This document shows, piece by piece, positions 18,027 through 26,011 of a stretch of 28,372 nucleotides of DNA (position 1 is the stretch's first letter; every line of letters begins with the position of its first letter). Position numbers and translations under genes: made by a program. The notes under the pieces were generated by a model. The model was given only the letters and a program-made list of their open reading frames with translations. It did no database searches and was not told where the DNA came from. Source of the DNA: Prochlorococcus sp. AG-679-M23 (GTDB lineage: Bacteria; Cyanobacteriota; Cyanobacteriia; PCC-6307; Cyanobiaceae); the NCBI GenBank assembly GCA_003208875.1, contig QCUR01000010.1, forward strand, positions 1 to 28,372, read 5' to 3'.

Positions 18027-18251
18027 CTATTTTTTCTTAGGAAACAATTTCCCAATCTTCTCTTGTTGAATAAGTTCTCTTTCAGTTCTTAATTTTGTAT
18101 CTTCCAATGATTCTTTATTAGTGCTAACAGCGTAAATAATATAAAAAATCATTCCACTGAAAATCAATCCTACAAATAAGATAATAATCCCAATAGGTTC
18201 GGTAGGGCTAAAGATTTTGAGATCTATCCCTGACTTTAAAAATATTTTCAT
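18027..18251 (-). CDS. Small single-TM protein
   Basis: PIGIIILFVGLIFSGMIFYIIYAV followed by a charged tail. Confidence 0.7.
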   Translation of the reverse strand: MKIFLKSGIDLKIFSPTEPIGIIILFVGLIFSGMIFYIIYAVSTNKESLEDTKLRTERELIQQEKIGKLFPKKK

Positions 18252-18286
18252 TAAAAATGTAATTAATTAACTACTTTTATTTGCAT

Positions 18287-18508
18287 CTAGTTGACTTCTT
18301 CATAACCATAGTAGACTGAATTATTTGAATTTTTATATCCTATTGCTGCCTCCTCAGGATTTTTAGCATCAAATTTTCTTGCTCTAGCGTGTATCATGTT
18401 AAATGGAAAAATCGCAGCTCCAACAAAAAAGTGGAGTATTAAAAAATCAGAAGGTAATCCGTTTGTCCAATCGGGAAAGAAAAGAAGTGTCAATAATAAA
18501 TGGTCCAT
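18287..18508 (-). CDS. Small membrane protein
   Basis: 73-aa ATG ORF with hydrophobic segment FLILHFFVGAAIFPF. Confidence 0.7.
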   Translation of the reverse strand: MDHLLLTLLFFPDWTNGLPSDFLILHFFVGAAIFPFNMIHARARKFDAKNPEEAAIGYKNSNNSVYYGYEEVN

Positions 18509-18693
18509 ATTATAAAAACAAAATTAACTTCATAAATACTATTACTAAGTTCCATCGATAGTAGTTTTTATTTAATAAATTGAAATCTAAATTAAAACTA
18601 TTTCAAAGAAATTTATTTACTATTTAAGTCTGTAAATATTTAAATATTATTATTTATAATATTTATAATATTTATAGTAATAGAAAAAGCGAA

Positions 18694-19095
18694 TTGTTTA
18701 GACTTTTAATTAGCTTTGTATTCTTCGCGGTTGTTTTCTTATCTCCTTTAAGTACATTTGCATCTCATACTTCTGACCCTACAGTAAGTCTTCTTCAGAG
18801 TAGGATATCAAAAAATTTTTCAAAGAAGTTTTGTAATGCGATACAAAATGGATTGTCCAAGGATGAAGCCATGACATCCGCTATAGTTAAAACCGAAAAT
18901 ATTGTTTCATTTTCATATAATCCTCAAAAAAAATGGATTGCAAAAGAAGATTTGGCTAATCAAATTTCTATAAAAGTTATAAACGATTGCGGATGGTCTT
19001 TTGGATTAATTGGCAAAGAAGGAATAGATTATTTTAATTCTTATTTTTTAGAAATCTATGATAAGACAACTCCTGATAAGAAATTATCTAGCTAA
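18694..19095 (+). CDS. Putative secreted helical protein with two Cys
   Basis: Signal-peptide-like N-terminus ending STFA; KFCNAIQNG...DCG. Confidence 0.75.
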   Translation: MFRLLISFVFFAVVFLSPLSTFASHTSDPTVSLLQSRISKNFSKKFCNAIQNGLSKDEAMTSAIVKTENIVSFSYNPQKKWIAKEDLANQISIKVINDCGWSFGLIGKEGIDYFNSYFLEIYDKTTPDKKLSS

Positions 19096-19105
19096 AAGAT
19101 TTTTT

Positions 19106-19309
19106 ATGAATAATCTTTCGGATAAAAATTTAATAATAATTCTTTTTGGCACTATTATCGTAGTCTTTGCTTTGATATTTTCGGTGAAATCTCCAGAAAG
19201 AAAAGTTATTGAATCCCCTATAATGTGGAAAGAAGATTTTTCTACCATTTTTTTCTTTAAAAATGATTTAGTCGAGTTGAACAAATCTATTTTTTATTAT
19301 AAAAAATAA
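19106..19309 (+). CDS. Small single-TM protein
   Basis: ATG at 19106, 10 bp after the previous stop; LIIILFGTIIVVFALIFSV. Confidence 0.6.
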   Translation: MNNLSDKNLIIILFGTIIVVFALIFSVKSPERKVIESPIMWKEDFSTIFFFKNDLVELNKSIFYYKK

Positions 19310-19383
19310 TATTTTAATAATCTTTTGAATTAAATTTGATAAAAGATTACTTTAATTGATTTAAAGAGAATTAAAAAAATAAA

Positions 19384-19725
19384 TTATTTTATGTAATTTA
19401 ATAAAACAGAGGCCAACTTTAAATCATTATTAAACCATGCTCTAATTGCCATTGATCTTCTTGGATCATAGAATTTTTGACTCCTGTACCATTTAAGTAC
19501 TTCCATATCAGATTTTTTTCCATTGCAAGATAAACAGCATGGAACGCAATTTTTTGTGATAGTTTCTCCACCTTTTGACTTTGGATATAGGTGATCAAGA
19601 GATTCAGATAGATTACCGCAATAAATGCAGGTATTATTTGTTAATTTATGGAGAGATTCTCTCCAGCTTTTATTACTAATTTTAGGGCAAAGTTGATCAA
19701 GGTAAATTGCATCTTGCTTATGCAT
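19384..19725 (-). CDS. HNH endonuclease-domain protein
   Basis: CIYCG, LDHLYPKSKGG and NCVPCCLSCNGKKS. Confidence 0.92.
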   Translation of the reverse strand: MHKQDAIYLDQLCPKISNKSWRESLHKLTNNTCIYCGNLSESLDHLYPKSKGGETITKNCVPCCLSCNGKKSDMEVLKWYRSQKFYDPRRSMAIRAWFNNDLKLASVLLNYIK

Positions 19726-19863
19726 AATCGTCTTGATAACTACATTAATAATAACAGTTTTTCTTAAGTTCTGAAGATACTTAAAATTTCAAACTATTTT
19801 ATAAATATGTAATGTTAATATCTAATAGTTGAAGATATTTTTTTAAAGTAAGAATTATATTAA

Positions 19864-20676
19864 ATGTTAATAATTTTTTTAAATTTAACAATTGATAGTG
19901 ATTTTTATTTTTACAACAAAGCTTTAATTTTTTTAATTTCTTTTTTATCAAATACATTTTCAGCCATTTCTGGAGGCGGCGCTGGACTAATTCAATTACC
20001 TGCCTTGATTTTATTTGGGTTACCTTATTATCAAGCTCTTGCTACACATAAAGTTGCTACGGTTGCTTTAGGTTTAGGTGGATCAATTAGAAATTTTAAA
20101 TATATTAGAAATGATATTTTTGTTTTATTGCAAATTTTATTCTTTGGAACCCCAGGAGTTATTTTGGGTTCATATATTGTGAAATTCCTTTCTGAACAAT
20201 ATCTATATATATTATTAGGATTTATTTCAATAGTCTTAGCTATATACTCTTTTTGTAAACCTAGTTTAGGTTTGAATTCAACAGATAATTTTATCAAATC
20301 CCAACTAGAATTAAAGTTTATTATACCTATTTTTTTTATTGGAATCCTTAACGGTTCTGTCTCTTCAGGAACTGGTTTGTTAGTAACTTTCTTATTAATT
20401 AATATTTTTAAGATGGATTTTCTTAGAGCTGTTAGTTTAACTTTTTTTACAGTAGGTATTTTCTGGAATGCTATAGGGGCCTATTTTCTCAGCAAAATTG
20501 GTTATCTACCTACAAATATATTAGTAATTCTTATTTTGGGATCTTTTACTGGCGGATATTTTGGTGCTCATATGTCTAATTTAAAAGGAAATAAACTAAT
20601 TAAAAGTACATTTACAACTGTATGTCTGCTTGTAGGAGTTAGTTTGTTAGTAAAGTCAATTGGTTCATTGTTATAG
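19864..20676 (+). CDS. Sulfite exporter TauE/SafE family permease
   Basis: SAISGGGAGLIQLP, ALATHK and the second repeat LNGSVSSGTG; multi-TM. Confidence 0.88.
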   Translation: MLIIFLNLTIDSDFYFYNKALIFLISFLSNTFSAISGGGAGLIQLPALILFGLPYYQALATHKVATVALGLGGSIRNFKYIRNDIFVLLQILFFGTPGVILGSYIVKFLSEQYLYILLGFISIVLAIYSFCKPSLGLNSTDNFIKSQLELKFIIPIFFIGILNGSVSSGTGLLVTFLLINIFKMDFLRAVSLTFFTVGIFWNAIGAYFLSKIGYLPTNILVILILGSFTGGYFGAHMSNLKGNKLIKSTFTTVCLLVGVSLLVKSIGSLL

Positions 20677-20677
20677 G

Positions 20678-20761
20678 TCAACTTATGGCAAATGCTAAAA
20701 CAACTGTTGTAGTTAAACAAAGTCCTAATGCTGCTGTAGCTGTTAAAAGTGAAAGGTTCAT
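20678..20761 (-). CDS. 27-aa hydrophobic peptide, not in ORF track
   Basis: MNLSLLTATAALGLCLTTTVVLAFAIS*; stop lies 1 bp from the convergent TauE stop; promoter-like elements upstream. Confidence 0.6.
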   Translation of the reverse strand: MNLSLLTATAALGLCLTTTVVLAFAIS

Positions 20762-20782
20762 TTTTAGAACAATTTAAGCAAA

Positions 20783-20824
20783 ATTTTAATTATCATCTTT
20801 GATTGAGTTTGTATTAGTAAACAC
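20783..20824 (-). promoter_or_regulatory. Putative NtcA-activated (class II) promoter
   Basis: Minus strand: GTG-TTTACTAA-TAC (20824-20811), exactly 22 nt, then TAAAAT (20788-20783). One mismatch to GTA-N8-TAC-N22-TAN3T. Confidence 0.5.
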
Positions 20825-20870
20825 TTTTAGACTAAATTTATTTTTAAAATGTTTCGAATGTTATTAACTT

Positions 20871-20897
20871 AAAAAAAAAGCCTCACAATTGTGAGGC
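20871..20897 (-). terminator. Strong Rho-independent terminator
   Basis: Perfect palindrome GCCTCACAATTGTGAGGC followed by T9 on the minus strand. Confidence 0.9.
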
Positions 20898-20985
20898 CGG
20901 GTGATGGGGAACCTTATTTTTAATCCAATTTAATTAAAAATGCAACCCCCCCATTGGTAGTGCATTGAATGTAGCTGTTAGACAC
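20871..20985 (-). ncRNA. Candidate structured small RNA (Yfr-type sRNA or cis element), about 115 nt
   Basis: GC-rich blocks in an AT-rich intergenic region; orphan terminator with no substantial minus-strand ORF feeding it; internal hairpin and complementary ATGGGG/CCCCAT. 5' end estimated. Confidence 0.6.
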
Positions 20986-21165
20986 TACAGATAGTGCTTT
21001 TAAAATGGAATTTTAAAGAGTTTTGTAATAGTGATAATGTTTTGTAATATTCTGATTTTTTTTAAGAAATTAAATTTTAAATTAAGATATTTATTAACTC
21101 TACAAACTTGTTAAAGCTTAATTACAATGTATTATCTAGAAAAGTGATTAATAATTTAAAATTTA

Positions 21166-21393
21166 ATGATTGAATTAACTTTACTAACATTATTAAATTT
21201 TGTTGGGGACAATTTCTGTGAATATAGAAATGTAGGTCATGATAATTATAAATCTTTACTCCTTTCTTATAGCGATGCGAGTGAAAAATTTGGTCCATTA
21301 AAAGTTAAAAAAGTAATTGAAAAATCAGATAATTTTAAAGTTGCTGCAATTGCTATTGCGGCTATTAAGTGCCCTCAGCATATTATGGATTAA
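21166..21393 (+). CDS. Small two-Cys hypothetical protein
   Basis: 75 aa; NFCEYRNVG...KCPQH; hydrophobic N-terminus. Confidence 0.75.
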   Translation: MIELTLLTLLNFVGDNFCEYRNVGHDNYKSLLLSYSDASEKFGPLKVKKVIEKSDNFKVAAIAIAAIKCPQHIMD

Positions 21394-21659
21394 TGAAATT
21401 CGAAGTTAAAACTCAAAATGAAGATCTTTTGAAATCGTCTTTTTCTGTCTTATTATCAATTGCTCTTTTTTCATTTATAGTTGTCCTCTCTAATATTTCT
21501 ATTAAACTTGGAGTGATTTCAAGACATTATGAAATAAAATATCTTTGTAATCTACTTATGATTGAAAAATCATCATTGCATTTCAAGAAATTATCAAAAT
21601 TGACTACTTTAAATACCAAACAAAAAATGTGGGATTTATGTCGAGAAATTGTTAAATAA
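21393..21659 (+). CDS. Hypothetical single-TM protein
   Basis: TAATG stop/start coupling at 21391-21395; TM helix then YLC...WDLCRE. Confidence 0.7.
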   Translation: MKFEVKTQNEDLLKSSFSVLLSIALFSFIVVLSNISIKLGVISRHYEIKYLCNLLMIEKSSLHFKKLSKLTTLNTKQKMWDLCREIVK

Positions 21660-21662
21660 AAA

Positions 21663-22457
21663 TTAGCTAGAAGCTGAAGTGTAATATTTTAGGGCAAATA
21701 ACCAAAATCTTCTTGAAACTAAAAAAAATATTACAGCAACAATTATTTCTAATAATATTTCCCATATTAGAGCAATACCTAGGAAAACTTCAGAGGGAAT
21801 TGTCGTTATGAATGCAATTGGAACAAAAATACTAAAGAATATCCTTAATGAGAATGAAAATGAATTTAGAGGAAATCTTCCTATATAAAGAAAAGAACGT
21901 AAGACTTCTGTCGCATTCCATGTTTTTACAAACCAAATTGTTGTTGTTGAGATTAAAAACCATAAGCTATATAGAATTACAATAGAACAACACAATGTTG
22001 TAAGGCATAATAATAAAAAACTTAGGTTTATATTTATTTGATTAATACCTATGCAATAAAGTAGTAGAGTAAAACCTAATATTATTTCTAAAAATCCAGA
22101 TGGTGCTATTTTATTTAAGGAAATAAAAAATTGACTATCTAAGGGTTTAAGAAGAACAAAATCTAAGGTTCCTTCTCTAATGTGTTTTACTATTTCTGTA
22201 AGATTTGGATTGAACCATGTATTAGTAATTCCATTTAAAATTGTATATATTCCTTGAATAATTAAGGCTTGTTCAAAATTCCATCCTCCAATGTTATCAG
22301 TATTTTGGAAAAATATAGTTAGTAAAAATACGCTCCCTACTAAGCTTAAAATTGCAGTAATAAAGTCAATTATTACGTTAGTCTTATATTCCAATTCTGA
22401 GGCTATAGAAGTACTTAAAAATAATGAATAAATTTTTATATATTTTTTTATTTTCAT
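21663..22457 (-). CDS. ABC-2 type exporter permease (DUF990-like)
   Basis: IGGWNFEQ, IREGTLDFVLLKPLD and C-terminal YTSASS; ATG at 22457 overlaps the upstream stop (ATGA). Confidence 0.9.
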   Translation of the reverse strand: MKIKKYIKIYSLFLSTSIASELEYKTNVIIDFITAILSLVGSVFLLTIFFQNTDNIGGWNFEQALIIQGIYTILNGITNTWFNPNLTEIVKHIREGTLDFVLLKPLDSQFFISLNKIAPSGFLEIILGFTLLLYCIGINQININLSFLLLCLTTLCCSIVILYSLWFLISTTTIWFVKTWNATEVLRSFLYIGRFPLNSFSFSLRIFFSIFVPIAFITTIPSEVFLGIALIWEILLEIIVAVIFFLVSRRFWLFALKYYTSASS

Positions 22458-23245
22458 GAACCCATCGCTGTATATTTTTTTGTTCCCAGAGACCAAGTCC
22501 TTTTAAATATGGGGAAAAGAACTGAAATCCAAAATATCTGCATAAAAAATCCAGAAATTATGTTTGTATTATTCCCAGATAATATATTTGCTGGATAATC
22601 AATTAAGTAAGGGAATGGGGTTAAGTATATCCATGCTTTCACATATTCTGGGAATGATATTACTGGGGCTAAAAGTCCTGAAAGGAATAAAGTTGGGATA
22701 AATAATAATCTTTCTATTGAAGAAGCCTTTTCTGTCCAAAAACAGAGGCAAGCAATAATTGATTGAATCAGAAATTGAATTAGAAATGAAAAAAATGTAG
22801 AAAAACATGCTAATAAAAATTGACTTAAGTTTGGTATCCATATACTTTCTGGATTTATTAGAAAAAAAATTAACGCAATTATTATTGCAAAGGGGAAACG
22901 TGTTATTTGTTCTGCTATGTGTTGAGCAAAGTATCTAAAAAATGGGTTTAAAGGTTGAATTAAATATGGAGAAATTTTACCCAAGAGAGCGTCTTCTTCA
23001 AAAGTAAAGACAACCCAAACTACGGAAAATTGCCTTACAAAGAACGCACTCAAAAAATACCTTGAGAGCATTACATTACTTAAGTTAATAGATTCATTTA
23101 AGTTATTGTTTGTCCATATATTGAGCATGAAAAAAGGAATAATTCCCGATATTGCCCATAAAGCTATTTCTACTCTATATTCCAACATATTTGAGTACTG
23201 TACTTTTAATAATGTTATTAGTTTATTTTTATTTAAATTAAACAT
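22454..23245 (-). CDS. ABC-2 type exporter permease
   Basis: MLEYRVE, GKISPYLIQP, FLSGLLAP, LTPFPY and C-terminal YTAMGS. Confidence 0.9.
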   Translation of the reverse strand: MFNLNKNKLITLLKVQYSNMLEYRVEIALWAISGIIPFFMLNIWTNNNLNESINLSNVMLSRYFLSAFFVRQFSVVWVVFTFEEDALLGKISPYLIQPLNPFFRYFAQHIAEQITRFPFAIIIALIFFLINPESIWIPNLSQFLLACFSTFFSFLIQFLIQSIIACLCFWTEKASSIERLLFIPTLFLSGLLAPVISFPEYVKAWIYLTPFPYLIDYPANILSGNNTNIISGFFMQIFWISVLFPIFKRTWSLGTKKYTAMGS

Positions 23246-24235
23246 TTATACTTTTTCCTTCACTAAAATATCTCCAATTATTTCGTCAACAGGAGGCTCA
23301 TTTATATATAGATCCTCGATCTCAAATTTGTTAAGAATATTATTTAAAGTAGATTTAATAGAATCTTTTTTAATTGTTATTGTAATTTCTTTTTGATTTT
23401 GATTTTTAATATTAAATCCTGAATTGCTTAGTTCTCTAGCATCTTTATCCGTCTTGCAAATTATTAGGATATCTTTAACAGGAGATATTTTTTTTAATAG
23501 TTTTTCAAGTCTCCCATCATATGTAAGACAACCTTCGTGAATACATAATACCCTCTTGCATAAAGATGTAATATCTTTCATGTAATGACTAGTTAGACAA
23601 ATTGTTGCATCTGTTTCTTTATTGTAAATTTGCAGAAATTTTCTAAGATTCCTTTGAGCATTAATATCTAGGCCTAGTGTCGGTTCATCTAAAAATAATA
23701 TATTTGGTTTATGTATTAAAGCTGCCAATAATTCTGATTTCATTCTTTGACCTAACGATAATTTTCTAACAGGTATATAAAGCTCCTTTTCAATTTCGAG
23801 CATATCTGACAACTTTTTAATTCTTTTTTTAGCTTCAAATTTTTCTATGTCATAAATTGCCGCATTTAAGTAAAAAGATTCTATTGGAGGAAGATCCCAA
23901 ATTAGCTGTTGTTTTTGTCCCATTATTAAAGTTATATTTTTCAGGAAATTAGATCTTCTTTTATAAGGCAGGTTGCCTGCAACCGACAACCGACCTTGGC
24001 TTGGGTGAATTAAACCACAGAGTATTTTAAGAATGGTTGTTTTCCCAGCTCCATTAGCCCCAAGAAAACCTACTATTTCTCCTTTTTTTATTCCGAAATT
24101 TATATTTTTTATAACCTCAATACTTTTTGTTTCTCTTTTAAAAAAATGCTTAAGTGTACCTTTTAGTCCAGGTTCTTTTGATGAAATATCAAATGATTTT
24201 GATAAATTTTCAACCTGAATAATATTCTCTTCCAT
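23246..24235 (-). CDS. ABC exporter ATP-binding subunit
   Basis: GANGAGKTT, LSLGQRMK, LFLDEPTLGLD and TSHYM. Confidence 0.95.
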   Translation of the reverse strand: MEENIIQVENLSKSFDISSKEPGLKGTLKHFFKRETKSIEVIKNINFGIKKGEIVGFLGANGAGKTTILKILCGLIHPSQGRLSVAGNLPYKRRSNFLKNITLIMGQKQQLIWDLPPIESFYLNAAIYDIEKFEAKKRIKKLSDMLEIEKELYIPVRKLSLGQRMKSELLAALIHKPNILFLDEPTLGLDINAQRNLRKFLQIYNKETDATICLTSHYMKDITSLCKRVLCIHEGCLTYDGRLEKLLKKISPVKDILIICKTDKDARELSNSGFNIKNQNQKEITITIKKDSIKSTLNNILNKFEIEDLYINEPPVDEIIGDILVKEKV

Positions 24236-24319
24236 ATTATTTGAAAAGTAATTTTTAATTTTGGATTCTATAAATTTTAAAAATATAAGATTATTTATTT
24301 AGTTGAATATTAAAATCAA

Positions 24320-24715
24320 TTAAAAAATATCTTTTAATGAAACAATAAGCCAAGTTATAAAATTAATGGGGTTTAAAAGTTCACTGGATTTAAACTTAGA
24401 TTCGTAATTAATATTATTAACTGCATTCAATATAAAATTATTTTCTAAAATTTTATTTTTATTTACTTCATTTTCTATTATGTTCCCTTTCTCATCAAGA
24501 ATTTGAATTTCATTCTCAAAAAACCACTCATTTTTCCCATTTGATAAGTTTAAAAAAACTCCAATACCCATACCATCAGTAATTTTGAAATCACTTATAG
24601 TGCATTCTGATGAAACGTTTATTGCTTCAATGGTTTCTTTAGTTAATCTATCTTTTGAAAGCTCTAGATTAACCTTAACCGTGTTTCCTATTTTTACTTT
24701 ATCTAAGATTGTCAT
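24320..24715 (-). CDS. petP: Cytochrome b6f subunit PetP-like (DUF2862) with C-terminal extension
   Basis: IGNTVKV...DR...FKITDGMGIGV...WFFENEI matches the PetP pattern. Confidence 0.75.
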   Translation of the reverse strand: MTILDKVKIGNTVKVNLELSKDRLTKETIEAINVSSECTISDFKITDGMGIGVFLNLSNGKNEWFFENEIQILDEKGNIIENEVNKNKILENNFILNAVNNINYESKFKSSELLNPINFITWLIVSLKDIF

Positions 24716-24781
24716 TTATGAGTTATTATACCTATTTAATTTTTATAATTGTGATAGAGATTTAAATATAAATTCTTAAGA

Positions 24782-24934
24782 TCATTCATTAGAGTTTTTG
24801 AATACGGCTTCTAATATCTTTTTTATTATTATCGCTAATATTCTTAGGAAAACAAAACTTATGCCTAGCCATCCCAATAATACAGAAATTGATAATAAGC
24901 TTGAACTAAGATCTCTTTGTAAAAATTCCTGCAT
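24782..24934 (-). CDS. Small single-TM protein (50 aa), not in ORF track
   Basis: MQEFLQRDLSSSLLSISVLLGWLGISFVFLRILAIIIKKILEAVFKNSNE*. Confidence 0.7.
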   Translation of the reverse strand: MQEFLQRDLSSSLLSISVLLGWLGISFVFLRILAIIIKKILEAVFKNSNE

Positions 24935-25094
24935 AAAGAATCAAATTTTGTAAATCAACTTTAATTTATATTTTTATTTTATTCGTTTATTAAATATAAA
25001 TGCTTACAAATTATTTTTATTTAACTACGTTTAAATCCAAGATTTGATGATTTAACTTTATAGGCTAATATAAATTTAAGCAAAATTTATTAAT

Positions 25095-25193
25095 TTGGAT
25101 CTCTCTTTATATTCATATTTAGGAATTTTTTTTATCCTAGTTGGCTCAATAGTTCGTATTGATTTTAAATTTATTATTCAAAAGGATTTATAA
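25095..25193 (+). CDS. Possible 32-aa hydrophobic peptide
   Basis: TTG start; MDLSLYSYLGIFFILVGSIVRIDFKFIIQKDL*. Short enough to be chance. Confidence 0.3.
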   Translation: MDLSLYSYLGIFFILVGSIVRIDFKFIIQKDL

Positions 25194-25357
25194 AAATCCT
25201 ATTTTAATTAAAAAATTTATTTAACTTTTTAAAATTTTCTAACACTTCAAAAATAATATATTTTATAAAAAATTCTTTAGAAATATTTGGATTTTAAAAT
25301 TTAATTGGCTTTTTTATTTTATATGATTAATAATGATCAAAACTATAGATTATTTGC

Positions 25358-25528
25358 ATGAATAATGATCTGGAAATCTTTAATTACTTTGTTGATGATC
25401 TACTTTCTTCGGAGGCTAATTTATTGAATAATGAGCTTGATCTCCTTTTGATGCAGTATCTTTTTAATTCGATAGATTTAGACTCATTAAACAATTTTGA
25501 TAGTGAAGAAGAGATTAGTGTTGCATAA
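25358..25528 (+). CDS. Highly acidic small protein (56 aa), not in ORF track
   Basis: MNNDLEIFNYFVDDLLSSEANLLNNELDLLLMQYLFNSIDLDSLNNFDSEEEISVA*. Confidence 0.6.
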   Translation: MNNDLEIFNYFVDDLLSSEANLLNNELDLLLMQYLFNSIDLDSLNNFDSEEEISVA

Positions 25529-25540
25529 TAGTTCTTAATT

Positions 25541-25660
25541 ATGAAATATTTTTATGAAAAATTATGGGTTCCTTTCTTTGGTGGAATATTATCAAAATTT
25601 GTTTTCTTAATTGAAGGAAAAAATATAAGTAGAAAAAAAAATAAAAAAACTAAACTTTAA
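25541..25660 (+). CDS. Basic amphipathic peptide (39 aa), not in ORF track
   Basis: MKYFYEKLWVPFFGGILSKFVFLIEGKNISRKKNKKTKL*; 12 bp after the previous stop. Confidence 0.55.
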   Translation: MKYFYEKLWVPFFGGILSKFVFLIEGKNISRKKNKKTKL

Positions 25661-25798
25661 TCCGATAAATTTTTTCAATTCTTAATGAATCTTTTTGGTT
25701 TATATATATTGAAAGCAACAAAACATATTTCTTTAATTCAATAATTTATGCATGGTTAAAGTATCTAAACAAATAGTATTTTAACTATTTAAAATTTT

Positions 25799-25978
25799 AT
25801 GAATAACAAGCCTTTTTTAAAGCCATATACTGTTCATTATAGAGATTTTCAAAATCTTAGATTAGAAAACTGTATTTATGCATTAGATGCTTATGAAGCA
25901 AGAACATTAGCTATGGAGTTTAATAAATATATAAATGCACATCCTAATAGCATTGATTTAATAAGATGCGAAAAGTGA
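25799..25978 (+). CDS. Small picocyanobacterial-type protein (59 aa), not in ORF track
   Basis: MNNKPFLKPYTVHYRDFQNLRLENCIYALDAYEARTLAMEFNKYINAHPNSIDLIRCEK*; YTVxYxD...ExCxYAxDAYEA...HPxSID pattern. Confidence 0.8.
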   Translation: MNNKPFLKPYTVHYRDFQNLRLENCIYALDAYEARTLAMEFNKYINAHPNSIDLIRCEK

Positions 25979-26011
25979 TATTTAAATAGTAGATATTTGA
26001 AGGTTTAAATT

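Noticed and set aside
17860..18040. Short plus-strand ORF fragments in the 17804-18027 gap
   Set aside because: Several short frames without a consistent reading frame or motif; cannot be supported.
18651..18677. TATTTATAA repeated about three times
   Set aside because: Almost pure A/T low complexity, expected at this base composition.
19384..19725. HNH gene as a homing endonuclease or defence island
   Set aside because: No intron, intein, terminal repeats, methylase or integrase nearby; composition matches the flanks.
3809..24779. ORF-track entries 3809, 6533, 6764, 9269, 11402, 19084, 20031, 22599, 23106, 24033 and 24585
   Set aside because: All lie antisense to, or out of frame within, better-supported genes and show no motifs.
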